The notes: generated by a model not told the origin, from the letters alone. 64,000 nt of DNA from Deltaproteobacteria bacterium (GCA_016930775.1 JAFGGB010000124.1:9671-73670); one strand, 5' to 3'; shown: positions 48,698-58,442, counted from the stretch's first letter. Program-made: numbers and translations.

Positions 48698-50383
48698 TCA
48701 TCGCTTGCCCCCGGGCCCGGGACCCCAGGCAGCTTTCATGATTCCCCCGCCGATTCTTGAGATGATGAGCAGGAGAATAAAGGTTATTACGATCATCAGG
48801 AATGCCATTGCGGCGGCGATTCCAAATTCCATGCCCCGGTGCCAGTTCAGATAAATTCCGATGGGCAGCGTTTCCCAACCGCCTCTGTACAGAAAAATGG
48901 CGGTGGAGATTTCCTGAAAGGCCATGATGAAGAACATCACGACGCCCACTAAAACGCCTTTGATGAGCAAAGGCAACGATATGTAAAAAAATGTTTTGAA
49001 TTTGCCGACACCCGAGACTTCGGATGCTTCCTCCAGGGAAATATCCAGTTGCAGGTATGATGAATGAGCCATGCGTAAAAAGTACGGCAACCGCCTGGCG
49101 AACAGAGCGAGCGGCATGATTATCCAATGGGTCGCCAAGGGGATGTCTTTCCAGAATGCCAGCATGTAACTCACGCCCACGGCCATGCCGGGGAAAGCCA
49201 GCATGAGAGTGATTACAAAATCGAGGGCGTTAGTCCCCCATATGCGGGTTCGAACGATGACATAGGCCGCCATCAAACCGAAGACGACCCCGAAAACCAG
49301 AGCTATTCCGCTGAAGAGGAAGGAATTTTTTATTAGAAGAGGACTTTCGAAAAAGATTGCCCTGAAGTTGTCGAGCGTCCAATAGGTTGGAAAGGGTTCG
49401 AAGACCCATCTTCTCGAAAAGGCAGACAACCCGAGAACAATCGGAATCAAGAGGACGACAAAGGAAATCGCGAGCATGTACAGGTACGATCCATATTTGA
49501 TAACGGGACCCGGCTCAATCACTCTGCCTTCGGATGTCGTTCCCTTCGATAGACCCGTGTATTTTTTGCGCTCAACCCAGCGTCTGGCAAGCACAAAAAG
49601 GACAATGCAGACTACAGAAGAAACCACCACCGCCACGATTCCCATATACTTCCTATGCATATCGGTGAAGTGATAGGCGATGTTGATGTAGGCGACCGAA
49701 GGCAGGAAGTCTACCTTTCCGAGTATCAACGGCGTAAGCCAATCGGTGAACGGCCACAGGAAAACGATGACCGCCCCCGCGAGATAGCTTGGCGTGCATA
49801 GCGGCAGAGTGACGGTGATGAATCGCCAAAAGCCGCTAGCCCCTTCCACCTCGGCAGCCTCTTCAAAGGCAGGATCGATGTTGGTGAAGCCCGCGGAAAG
49901 ACTGAGGACAATAAAAGGGAGCAAATGCAGGGACTGGATGAAAACAAGACCATGCGTTCCGTAAATGAAGTTTATGGGAGCCTTGATCAGCCCCGACTCC
50001 ATGAGAATCAGATTGAGAGTGCCGAACTTGCCGAAGAAGATAATGAAAGCGAACACTCCGGCAAAGGCGGGTAGAACGATGGGAAGAAGAATCAGGGCGG
50101 TAAAGACGGTTTTCCCTCGATGCCGGTACCGAGCTAAAATGTATGCCAGGGGAACTCCGAACAGGGTCGTTGTCAGCAACACCAGGGTGCTCAGGACCAG
50201 TGTGTTCCAGAAGGTCTTGAGGTAGTAAGTATCCTTGAAGAAACCCAGGTAATTGGCAAGACCCCAGCCCGTTGATCCTGCAATTTTGAAACTTTCGATT
50301 ACCAGAACCGACAGGGGATAAATGACGAGAAAGGCAATAACCGACCACAAAAATGCCGTCAGCGAGACATTCCCTCGGGTCAT
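48698..50383 (-). CDS. ABC transporter permease with duplicated transmembrane domain (FbpB/ThiP type)
   Basis: About 561 aa from ATG 50383 (MTRGNVSLTAF); the ORF track extends to 50440. It has two permease halves, each with an EAA-like loop (FEEAAEVEGAS and LEEASEVSGVG). Confidence 0.85.
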   Translation of the reverse strand: MTRGNVSLTAFLWSVIAFLVIYPLSVLVIESFKIAGSTGWGLANYLGFFKDTYYLKTFWNTLVLSTLVLLTTTLFGVPLAYILARYRHRGKTVFTALILLPIVLPAFAGVFAFIIFFGKFGTLNLILMESGLIKAPINFIYGTHGLVFIQSLHLLPFIVLSLSAGFTNIDPAFEEAAEVEGASGFWRFITVTLPLCTPSYLAGAVIVFLWPFTDWLTPLILGKVDFLPSVAYINIAYHFTDMHRKYMGIVAVVVSSVVCIVLFVLARRWVERKKYTGLSKGTTSEGRVIEPGPVIKYGSYLYMLAISFVVLLIPIVLGLSAFSRRWVFEPFPTYWTLDNFRAIFFESPLLIKNSFLFSGIALVFGVVFGLMAAYVIVRTRIWGTNALDFVITLMLAFPGMAVGVSYMLAFWKDIPLATHWIIMPLALFARRLPYFLRMAHSSYLQLDISLEEASEVSGVGKFKTFFYISLPLLIKGVLVGVVMFFIMAFQEISTAIFLYRGGWETLPIGIYLNWHRGMEFGIAAAMAFLMIVITFILLLIISRIGGGIMKAAWGPGPGGKR

Positions 50384-50400
50384 AGTGCAGTATCTCCCAT

Positions 50401-50450
50401 CCGCCGCCGCATATGCGGACGGGCAGCGACCCGCCCGCATATGCGGTTAA
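50401..50450 (-). promoter_or_regulatory. Very stable intercistronic stem-loop between the binding-protein and permease genes
   Basis: The palindrome CCGCATATGCGG occurs twice (50407-50418 and 50435-50446). The two copies pair with each other (12 bp), and an inner GCGGG/CCCGT stem adds 5 bp, giving about 17 bp with a 6-nt loop. Confidence 0.6.
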
Positions 50451-50549
50451 GACTAAATGCAACAATCAAACATTCAAGTATCTTCGCAACGTGACGATCA
50501 TTGCCGTCGAAACAAAACCGGAAGCATGATGCCCGGGTCTCGTTTCTTT

Positions 50550-51845
50550 CTATTGCGTTGCAAGCAGAACGCGCGACTGCGTCGCCGTCAGTCTGGCCGC
50601 TGCGTAATTTCCCTCTATTTCAAAGAGCCTCCTGGCTTCCTTGATTTTCGCCTCCGCCTTTGTGACGTCGATGTTGGCGCCTTTAGCTGCTTTGACCTCG
50701 CCTTCGACTTCTTCAATCAGCGACAGGCTGCTTTTCAATTCGCCCCATTTTCGGTAAATTTCCATTTCATAGTAGGTGTTGACCTCGTCCCATCTCTTGG
50801 CCGCAAGATCAAGGTCGTAGTTTACGAATTCGACCTTGAGATCCCAGAACGAATCAACGCCCAATGCGTCGTTGGCATGCTTGGCCATGACGACGCCAGC
50901 TTTCTTCCACTCGGAGAATTTGATGTCGGTCCGGGCAGGGAAGTACCCTCCCTCCAGAACGTATTTTTGTCCTTCCAGGCTGAACAGCCAATCGAGAAAG
51001 ATTTTGCCTATCTTCTGGTTTGGCGAGTTTTTCAGCAGGGCCACCGACTCGGGAACCAGAATTGTTTTATCGGGAAGCAAATCGCGCACGGGATAGCCGT
51101 CTTTACGTGCGACCATCGCGTTCATTTGCGGTTGTGCGATTCCGATCGGGGCTTCGCCGCGAGCGACCAGGTGGGTAGTGTCGGTGCTGCCCGTGGAGAA
51201 GCGGCTCAATTGGGCCGCCAGCAATCTGTTGTATGCCCAGCCTTCCTTTTCACCAAACGCCTGAAGGTGAATTTCTATTGCCTCGTGCTGGGTTCCCGAT
51301 GCATATGGCAGGGTTTGCACAATGTTCCCACGGTAAATGGGGTTGACGAGGTCGCGCCAGGTTTTAGGCGGGGGGAGCCTGAGGGCCTTCAAGACTTTTT
51401 CATTGTAGAGGTTGGTTACGATCCAGGGAGAGAAGCAGGTCCATAGGCCTTCTTGATCCTTTACTTTCATTCCCTTCCATTTTGCGGGGATCTTATCCCA
51501 GTCTTTCGGCTTGTATGGAATCAGCCTTTCTTCTTTCTTCAAGAGTTCATGGGCGGGAGCGCCGGCGCCAAGAAAGATGTCCGCATCGGGCTTGTCTCCC
51601 CATGCTCTCACCTTGTCCACGCAGACCGGCCATCCGCCGGGACGGACAAATGAGATATCCACTTCCTTGCCGTAGGTTTTCTTGTAGAAGTCCTTGAAAC
51701 CCTTGGTCAGGCTTTCTGACAACTCCTTGTAGATGGGCCCGACCCAGCCGATTTTGTCCTGGCTCTGGGCCGGAACGGTAAATGAAAGCAGCATAGCCAA
51801 TGAGCAGACTGTGACGATTGCAGCGGTCATAATTTTTCTTTTCAT
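50550..51845 (-). CDS. ABC transporter periplasmic substrate-binding protein (family 1, Fe3+/thiamine/polyamine type) with helical C-terminal extension
   Basis: The preferred start is ATG 51845 after aaaggagg, giving MKRKIMTAAIVTVCSLAMLLSFTVPAQS (signal peptide). The ORF track starts at 51899. Confidence 0.85.
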   Translation of the reverse strand: MKRKIMTAAIVTVCSLAMLLSFTVPAQSQDKIGWVGPIYKELSESLTKGFKDFYKKTYGKEVDISFVRPGGWPVCVDKVRAWGDKPDADIFLGAGAPAHELLKKEERLIPYKPKDWDKIPAKWKGMKVKDQEGLWTCFSPWIVTNLYNEKVLKALRLPPPKTWRDLVNPIYRGNIVQTLPYASGTQHEAIEIHLQAFGEKEGWAYNRLLAAQLSRFSTGSTDTTHLVARGEAPIGIAQPQMNAMVARKDGYPVRDLLPDKTILVPESVALLKNSPNQKIGKIFLDWLFSLEGQKYVLEGGYFPARTDIKFSEWKKAGVVMAKHANDALGVDSFWDLKVEFVNYDLDLAAKRWDEVNTYYEMEIYRKWGELKSSLSLIEEVEGEVKAAKGANIDVTKAEAKIKEARRLFEIEGNYAAARLTATQSRVLLATQ

Positions 51846-52122
51846 ATCTGACCTCCTTTGTCGCGACACGGTTTCGGTAGAAAAAATCAAATCCCCCATT
51901 ACGTACGACCAAACAACCCCGATAAAAATACTTCTGTTAAAATTGACAGGACAAAGTCTTTCGATTGCCTAAACATACGCAGGATGTTCTTTTCTGTCAA
52001 GGGCTTATTGAGTCTGAAAATGCCATGAAACAGGGATGTTCCAGGAAGAAATCCAACGGCAAAGACGGCCCCCGAGTCAGTGTACCGCCGGTTCGATCGT
52101 TTAACAGATGGAAATCATTATG

Positions 52123-52151
52123 TTGACATTAGGCAGATCGAGCGCTATGAA
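52123..52151 (+). promoter_or_regulatory. Putative sigma-70 promoter for glpABC
   Basis: TTGACA (52123-52128), a 17-nt spacer, then TATGAA (52146-52151). It lies about 60 nt upstream of the glpA ATG. Confidence 0.35.
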
Positions 52152-52210
52152 ACTCAGTCATAGTCTTCTTATCGCATTCCGGGTCTAAAAGACCCGAAGC
52201 GAGAACCGAG

Positions 52211-53710
52211 ATGATTGTAAAAGACGTTATAATAATAGGCGGAGGTTCAACGGGATGCGGAATAGCGCGCGATCTTGCGTTGCGTGGCGTATCGCACTGC
52301 CTCATAGAAAAAAATGATTTTGCGGCAGGGGCGACGGGCGCTTGTCACGGTTTGCTTCACAGCGGCGGGCGTTACGTGGTGTCGGATCCCGCCGCTGCGG
52401 CGGAATGCATTGCCGAGAATCGCATCCTTCGGAAAATCGGCCGAAAGTGCGTTGAGCGGACCGACGGGCTCTTCATCAGGCTTCCCGGCGATTCCAAGAA
52501 GTATCGGGACGCCTTTTTGAAAAGCTGCGAGCGGCTGGGCATCGAAACGGAAGTCCTGTCGCCAACCCGCGCCCTTGAACTGGTTCCCTCATTGAATCCT
52601 GCTCTCGAGGAGGCCGTGCGCGTTCCCGATTGTTCCATCGATCCCTTCAGGTTGTGCATGTTGAACATCGTGACATCACAGGCGAGAGGAGGGGAAATAT
52701 TAACTCACCATGAAGTAATCGATATCATAAAAGAACGGGGTAGATGCGTCGGTGTCAGGGCAAGGGAAAAACTCTCGTCTTCCATCAAGGAAATCAGAGG
52801 CAAGGCCATCGTAAACGCAACGGGCGCCTGGGCTCAGCGGATAGCGCGGCTCTCAGGATCGAGTCTTCCTATGACCCTTTCCAAGGGAAGTCTTGTCGTT
52901 ACGAATCATCGCTTGAGCAATATGGTAATCAACAGGCTCAGGCCGCCGTCCGACGGCGATATCATCGTTCCGAACGAAGCGGTTTGCCTTGCCGGCACGA
53001 CCTCTGTTGCCGTCGACGACCCGGATAATATGGATGTAACGGCCGGCGAAGTGGAAATCGTCGCCAGGGAAGCCGCTTCGATGGTGCCGGAATTCGAGCG
53101 TGTGAGGCTCATCAGGACCTATGCCGGAGTGCGCCCGCTTCTCCATGCGGCATCGGAAGATGGAAGGCAGATATCGAGAAACTTTCAGATAATCGATCAC
53201 ACGAACGGACTGTTCAGCATCATCGGCGGCAAACTCAGCACATACAGACTGATGGCCGAGAAACTATGCGATGCGATCATGAAAGAATTCGGTCTCAAGA
53301 CGGCGTGCGCGACGGCCGAAAAACCCCTGGAAGGACAGGAGGAATTGAGGGGGTATCCACTGTCGAAACGACTCGAGTCCCTCAAGGATATAGTCTGCGA
53401 GTGCGAGCTTGTCAGCAGGAGCGAGGTGGAACGGGTCATACAAAGAATCAATCCGAAACACATCGGCGACATACAGCACAGGACTCGTTTAGGCATGGGA
53501 CCCTGCCAGGGAGGGTTTTGCACTTATCGCGCCCTGGGAATCATGCAGGAAACGGGGAAAATGCCCCCGGAAGAATCCATGCACATTCTCAAGGAGTTTC
53601 TTCAGAGGCGATTCAAGGGAGTCAGGCCAGCGCTGTGGGGCGACCAACTCAGAGAAGAGCAGCTCATTGAATACATCTATCTCGGAATTTTGAGCATGGA
53701 GTCTCATTAA
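52211..53710 (+). CDS. glpA: Anaerobic glycerol-3-phosphate dehydrogenase subunit A
   Basis: 499 aa. FAD fold VIIIGGGSTGCGIARDLALRG. The C-terminal BFD-like [2Fe-2S] motif is CECELVS...RLGMGPCQGGFC. Confidence 0.9.
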   Translation: MIVKDVIIIGGGSTGCGIARDLALRGVSHCLIEKNDFAAGATGACHGLLHSGGRYVVSDPAAAAECIAENRILRKIGRKCVERTDGLFIRLPGDSKKYRDAFLKSCERLGIETEVLSPTRALELVPSLNPALEEAVRVPDCSIDPFRLCMLNIVTSQARGGEILTHHEVIDIIKERGRCVGVRAREKLSSSIKEIRGKAIVNATGAWAQRIARLSGSSLPMTLSKGSLVVTNHRLSNMVINRLRPPSDGDIIVPNEAVCLAGTTSVAVDDPDNMDVTAGEVEIVAREAASMVPEFERVRLIRTYAGVRPLLHAASEDGRQISRNFQIIDHTNGLFSIIGGKLSTYRLMAEKLCDAIMKEFGLKTACATAEKPLEGQEELRGYPLSKRLESLKDIVCECELVSRSEVERVIQRINPKHIGDIQHRTRLGMGPCQGGFCTYRALGIMQETGKMPPEESMHILKEFLQRRFKGVRPALWGDQLREEQLIEYIYLGILSMESH

Positions 53711-54906
53711 TGAACAGCGGGACCTACGATGCCGTTGTCATCGGCGGCGGCATGTCCGGATTGACGGCGGCTATTACTCTGTGCGATGCCGGAAAGACAG
53801 TCGCCGTCGTTTCCAAAGGCGACCCCGTATGCTGCCTTTCTACCGGCTGTATCGACATACTCAATAGTGCGGACAATCCGCTCCAGGGCATTTCTGCGCT
53901 GCCCTCGGGCCATCCGTACGGCTTCGTCGGTCAGGATGCAATAATTGAAGCCCATGAACGTTTTATAAAAATAGGCGCCGAGTGGAAGATCCCGTATATA
54001 GGCGCCATTCACGAAAGCCGACAGATCGTTACTCCCCTCGGCACGAGGAAAACAACCTGTCTTATTCCAAAGACCATGGAATATGCCGCATACGACGAGA
54101 GCGATTACATCCATATCGTATCGTTCAAAGGATTGAAGGATTTTTACCCCAGCTATATCATAACGCGCCACGGGAATGCAGGCCATTCAGTCTTCGATGC
54201 GGCCGTTCCCTCGACTATCGGCATTGCCGAGCGATTTGAAGATGAACGATTCAGGGAAACTTTTGCGGAGTGGATTATAAAGCAGAACATTCCCGAAGGA
54301 AAGATCGCCCTTCCGGCCGTTTTGGGAATTCGCTCATCCCTTTCGATTTATGAAGAGTTATCGAGAAGAACAGAGAGAACCTTTTTCGAAATACCAACCC
54401 TTCCACCCTCGCTGCCGGGAATACGTCTTTTCAACTGTTTGAAAAAGGCTCTTCTTGCAAGAGGAGGGCGTCTGTACTGGGGAAATGAGATCGCGAGCAT
54501 TGAGAAGCTCGGCGCAAGCATAGAAGGCGTCACACTGAAAAATCCTGGGCGGGTTGCACGCGTGCAGGGAAAAGCTTTCATACTTGCGACCGGTTCCTTT
54601 GTCAGCGGCGGTTTATTTGCCCGCATGGATTCGGTTCATGAAACAGTCTTCGATCTGCCTGTCTCTTATCCTGAAAAGAGAAGCATCTGGTTCAAAGAAA
54701 CCTTTTTTAGCACGGGCCATCAAATCGAAAAGGCCGGCGTGGAGATCGATTCTTCCTTCCGCCCCCTTGACGGTCCCTTTGAAAATCTCTTCGTCTGCGG
54801 GAGCATCATCGCGCGTTCCGAGGTCATGAAATACGGATGCGGTCACGGCATGGCTATCGCCACCGGGTATGCCGCTGCACGATCGTGCGAAGGATTCATT
54901 ACGTGA
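53710..54906 (+). CDS. glpB: Anaerobic glycerol-3-phosphate dehydrogenase subunit B
   Basis: 398 aa. YDAVVIGGGMSGLTAA. The start abuts the glpA stop, and the gene sits in the middle of the glpABC order. Confidence 0.85.
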   Translation: MNSGTYDAVVIGGGMSGLTAAITLCDAGKTVAVVSKGDPVCCLSTGCIDILNSADNPLQGISALPSGHPYGFVGQDAIIEAHERFIKIGAEWKIPYIGAIHESRQIVTPLGTRKTTCLIPKTMEYAAYDESDYIHIVSFKGLKDFYPSYIITRHGNAGHSVFDAAVPSTIGIAERFEDERFRETFAEWIIKQNIPEGKIALPAVLGIRSSLSIYEELSRRTERTFFEIPTLPPSLPGIRLFNCLKKALLARGGRLYWGNEIASIEKLGASIEGVTLKNPGRVARVQGKAFILATGSFVSGGLFARMDSVHETVFDLPVSYPEKRSIWFKETFFSTGHQIEKAGVEIDSSFRPLDGPFENLFVCGSIIARSEVMKYGCGHGMAIATGYAAARSCEGFIT

Positions 54907-56108
54907 ACTTCGATTTTCAGCATTGCATCAGATGCACAATCTGCGTGGAAAATTGCCCTGTTTTCAGGGTAAATCCCGATTTTCCGGGACCGAAGCAATC
55001 GGGGCCGGACTCTCAAAGATTTCGATGCGACGGCGAAACTTCTGTCGATCAGTGGATCGGCCTGTGCAGTCAGTGCAAGCGATGCGAGGTGGCCTGCCCT
55101 TACGGAGTAAATCCTGCGGAGATAATTCTTCGGGAGCAACTGAATTATGGGAAGAAGCATTTCCGGGCGCCCGTGAGCAGGTTATTTTCAAACGTCTACT
55201 ATCTTGGAAATCTGACCTCCCTTCTCGCTCCTCTTGCAAATAAACTTGTCTCAGTGAAGTTTGTCCGCAGGATTATGGCTTTTTTCGGCATATCCGAGTA
55301 TCTGAACTTTCCGCCGTACAGGTTTCATGCAATGGAAAGAAGCTGGCCATGGAAGGGGTCTTCTAAGAGAGCACGGAAAGTAGCGTTCTTCTATGGTTGC
55401 TATTTGAATTACAACAGGCCTGATATAGGAAGAAAGATACGCGACCTTTTCGCTTCGATGGGGTTCAGAGTGATTCTGCCGAGACAGGTATGCTGCGGAT
55501 TGCCGGCCCTGGGAAACGGAGACTTAGCCACGGCGCGGAGATTGGCAAACCGTAATGCCGCGATCCTCGCTCAGTATATCGATCGGGGCTATGACGTGCT
55601 CTATGCCTGTACGTCCTGCGGTCTGATGCTGACGCGGGATTATCCTGGCATGCTTGACATTGAAGCAGGGAAGAAGATTGCCGAGAACACCTATAATATC
55701 CATGAATATATCCTCAAACTCCTCGATGAGGGCCTCCTGGATCTAAACTTCAAGGCTGTCGCAGCGAAGATTGCCTACCATATTCCTTGTCATCTCAGAG
55801 CGCTGGGCATCGGTTATCCTGCTGCCAGGCTCCTGGAACGCATACCCGGTCTTGACATTGCCGTGCTGGACGATATGTGCTGCGGGCTTGCGGGAACATA
55901 CGGTTTCAAGAAAAAAAACCAGGAGACTTCTTTCAAGCTGGGGGTTATAGCCGCACAGGCGCTGAAAGAGACTGCCGCCGATTGCATAATGGCCGACTGC
56001 GGCGCCTGCCGATTGCAGCTTTCGCAACTTTCCGGGATGCCAGCTCGCGACCCCGCGGAGATTCTCTTCGAATCCCTGAATAACGTTGTGAATTCGTCAA
56101 AGCGATGA
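54903..56108 (+). CDS. glpC: Anaerobic glycerol-3-phosphate dehydrogenase subunit C (Fe-S, CCG domains)
   Basis: The preferred start is GTG 54903, overlapping the glpB stop (GTGA); the ORF track starts at 54837. Motifs: CIRCTICVENCPV, CSQCKRCEVACPYG, and two Cys-rich CCG-type repeats (CCGLPA, CCGLAG). Confidence 0.85.
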   Translation: MNFDFQHCIRCTICVENCPVFRVNPDFPGPKQSGPDSQRFRCDGETSVDQWIGLCSQCKRCEVACPYGVNPAEIILREQLNYGKKHFRAPVSRLFSNVYYLGNLTSLLAPLANKLVSVKFVRRIMAFFGISEYLNFPPYRFHAMERSWPWKGSSKRARKVAFFYGCYLNYNRPDIGRKIRDLFASMGFRVILPRQVCCGLPALGNGDLATARRLANRNAAILAQYIDRGYDVLYACTSCGLMLTRDYPGMLDIEAGKKIAENTYNIHEYILKLLDEGLLDLNFKAVAAKIAYHIPCHLRALGIGYPAARLLERIPGLDIAVLDDMCCGLAGTYGFKKKNQETSFKLGVIAAQALKETAADCIMADCGACRLQLSQLSGMPARDPAEILFESLNNVVNSSKR

Positions 56109-56184
56109 GCAGGAGGGGCGAAGGGGCGCCTCGGCATAGTTTGTTCAGAGGGGTTGCCCTGTTCTCTGTCATCCCTGCGACCGA

Positions 56185-57153
56185 TTATGCATTCGGAGGG
56201 CTTGATCTTTTTACGGGGGGTGGAGAATTTTCCAAAAGAGGTTTCAGATTGTTGCTTTGAGAAAAAAGATCCATGGATAAAATTCCTGTCAGAAATTCCC
56301 TGGCAGCCGTGCTGAACGACCGTTTCTTGCGGTGGATGAAATAAAAATCTATATGCAGATTCGATCCCGTTAAAGGCAGAGAGACGAGGGCGCCTCGTTC
56401 TATTTCTCTCGAAACGGCCGACTGAGGGATGATTGTCACGCCATACCCTTCCTCGACGATGCGCTTAGCCGCCTCGATGTTTTCCATCTCGATCGTTTGT
56501 TTCAAACGGCCCCTGCCGATTGTTTTGTTCAGGAAGGCCGTGACCACTTCTCGTGTTTGCGTTCCACGTTCTCGCCATATGAACGGGGTTGCGATCAAAT
56601 CTTCAGGAACAATGAGTTCTTTTTGTGAAAGTTTGTGATGGGGCGCCGAGACAAGAATGAGAGGTTCGCGGTGGATGAGAGTCCTCGCGATCCTGGGGTT
56701 GCCCTTTGCGCCTCCGGCGAAGGCGTAATCTACTGCGCCTTCCAGGATCATGTTCCAGACGCTTCGGGAGTTGCCGACCTTCATGTCCAGTTCTATTGCA
56801 GGATACGTCGCATTGAAGAGACCGATGGCGCGCGGCAGGTAGTAGGTTCCCAGCATGCGGGTGGAGCCGATGGTAATTTTCCCCGCTCCCAGATTCCGGT
56901 GAACTTGAAAGCAGGCGGTGATTTCGTCATGAAGTGCGAAGAGTCGCTTCGTAAAGCCGAGGAGAGTTTCTCCTTCGGGAGTGAGCTTGACCCGCTTTCC
57001 CGATCTGTCGAACACAATGACGCCGAGGGACTGTTCGAGCGCCTGTATTTGCTGGGTTACGGCCGGTTGTGAAAGGAAAAGCCGTTCCGCCGCTTTCGTG
57101 AAGCTTTTCGTTACGGCAACCCGATGAAAGGTGGCAAGGCGATCGAGATTCAT
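56185..57153 (-). CDS. LysR-family transcriptional regulator
   Basis: 322 aa. The N-terminal wHTH is MNLDRLATFHRVAVTKSFTKAAERLFLSQPAVTQQIQALE, followed by a periplasmic-binding-protein-like effector domain. Confidence 0.92.
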   Translation of the reverse strand: MNLDRLATFHRVAVTKSFTKAAERLFLSQPAVTQQIQALEQSLGVIVFDRSGKRVKLTPEGETLLGFTKRLFALHDEITACFQVHRNLGAGKITIGSTRMLGTYYLPRAIGLFNATYPAIELDMKVGNSRSVWNMILEGAVDYAFAGGAKGNPRIARTLIHREPLILVSAPHHKLSQKELIVPEDLIATPFIWRERGTQTREVVTAFLNKTIGRGRLKQTIEMENIEAAKRIVEEGYGVTIIPQSAVSREIERGALVSLPLTGSNLHIDFYFIHRKKRSFSTAAREFLTGILSMDLFSQSNNLKPLLENSPPPVKRSSPPNA

Positions 57154-57159
57154 AAGAAT

Positions 57160-57181
57160 TACTTATTGTAACAATCAAGTA
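57160..57181. promoter_or_regulatory. Imperfect palindrome in the LysR / CYTH divergent region (candidate LTTR site)
   Basis: TACTTATTGT-A-ACAATCAAGTA. The arms match 10 of 11 with one inserted base. It begins 7 nt upstream of the lysR ATG. Confidence 0.4.
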
Positions 57182-57283
57182 TTATAATTTCTCTTTATAT
57201 TCAATTTCACCTATGGTGTAAATGTAAAATTTCAAACAGGGCAACAACCGTCCGGTTTTTAAACAGAAAGGAGAAAATAATAT

Positions 57284-57904
57284 ATGGCTGATATGATCCC
57301 GCGCTATGAGTTCCGGACCTTCGCGCAAACCTTCGGGCTGGTGGAAACGAAGATGCGCAAAATTGCTCCCTGTGAGCAGATTCGGGAGAGTTCAGAAATA
57401 TATGTCGTTTCGGCGTCGAGCATCCATAGCAACACGAAGATCCGGGATGAAAAAATGGACATCAAGGAACTGATCGAAACCAGAGATGGCTTTGAACGAT
57501 GGAATCCTCGAATGAAGGGCGCCTTCCCGCTGAGCGCACGGACGATTCGCGAAGATGTGTTTCCGGCTCTCGGCATCGACAGCCCGGCCCTGATAAAGAG
57601 TTACTATTCCTTGAGATCTTTTATAGAAGATCTCGTTATCCCCCATGCCAGCCTTCGAGCGGTTCATGTCTTCAAGCGGCGGTTTGCTTTCACGATCAAT
57701 CGCTGCATAGTCGAGATCGCTGACTTGCTCATCAACGGCGCCGCCATACAGACTGTGGGCGTTGAACTGGAAGACACGGCGGCTATTCTCGCGGTCAAGG
57801 ATGAATTGGGACTGGGGGAATACGAGAACATCAATTACCTCCGGGCGATCAAGCGCATTGTCGGTCTGGAACGATACCCCGATCTCGATAAGCTGCTGAA
57901 CTAA
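57284..57904 (+). CDS. Divergent CYTH-like (triphosphate tunnel) protein lacking the canonical ExExK motif
   Basis: 206 aa. The strand pattern parallels the downstream CYTH protein: RYEFRTF vs EIERKYL; TKIRDEKMDIKEL vs VRVRTVGDKGFLTIKG; VFKRRFAFTINRCIVEIADLLINGAAIQTVGVELE vs IEKKRHVIEHEGLKWEVDEFVGDNEGLIVAEVEL. Confidence 0.6.
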   Translation: MADMIPRYEFRTFAQTFGLVETKMRKIAPCEQIRESSEIYVVSASSIHSNTKIRDEKMDIKELIETRDGFERWNPRMKGAFPLSARTIREDVFPALGIDSPALIKSYYSLRSFIEDLVIPHASLRAVHVFKRRFAFTINRCIVEIADLLINGAAIQTVGVELEDTAAILAVKDELGLGEYENINYLRAIKRIVGLERYPDLDKLLN

Positions 57905-57962
57905 GAAGGCGATGTCTTGAAAATGGTCGTCGATCAGATCGCGATGAAAGAAAGGAGATGAC

Positions 57963-58442
57963 ATGGGGAAGGAGATTGAGAGAAAATATCTTGTTCGAGA
58001 CGATGCTTACAAGCGTCTGGCGGAGGGTCTTCTTTACCGACAAGGCTACCTGAACAGCGAAAAAGAGCGGACAGTAAGAGTGCGGACGGTTGGCGACAAA
58101 GGTTTTCTGACCATAAAGGGCGTTACGGTGGGCGCAAGTCGTCTGGAATTCGAGTACGAAATACCCGCAATCGATGCGGATGATCTTCTGGAAAAGCTCT
58201 GCGAACGGCCGCTCATCGAGAAGAAGCGTCATGTGATCGAGCATGAAGGATTGAAGTGGGAAGTGGACGAGTTTGTGGGAGACAATGAGGGCCTGATCGT
58301 AGCCGAGGTGGAGCTGAAGAGCGAGGCGCAACGATTCGAGAAACCTCCCTGGGTTGGCGACGAGGTTACAGGCGATCCTCGGTACTTCAATTCCAACCTT
58401 ATAAAAAACCCCTATAAGAACTGGCGGAAAACTGGGAATTAA
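57963..58442 (+). CDS. CYTH-domain protein (triphosphate tunnel metalloenzyme; class IV adenylate cyclase / inorganic triphosphatase family)
   Basis: 159 aa. MGKEIERKYLV (ExExK), RVRTVGDKGFLTIKG, LEFEYEI, WEVDEF, and AEVEL. Confidence 0.85.
   Translation: MGKEIERKYLVRDDAYKRLAEGLLYRQGYLNSEKERTVRVRTVGDKGFLTIKGVTVGASRLEFEYEIPAIDADDLLEKLCERPLIEKKRHVIEHEGLKWEVDEFVGDNEGLIVAEVELKSEAQRFEKPPWVGDEVTGDPRYFNSNLIKNPYKNWRKTGN

Noticed and set aside
50457-51446. 329-aa ORF antisense to the ABC binding-protein gene.
   Set aside because: It has no motifs and odd composition. The opposite strand encodes a protein with a signal peptide and a binding-protein fold.
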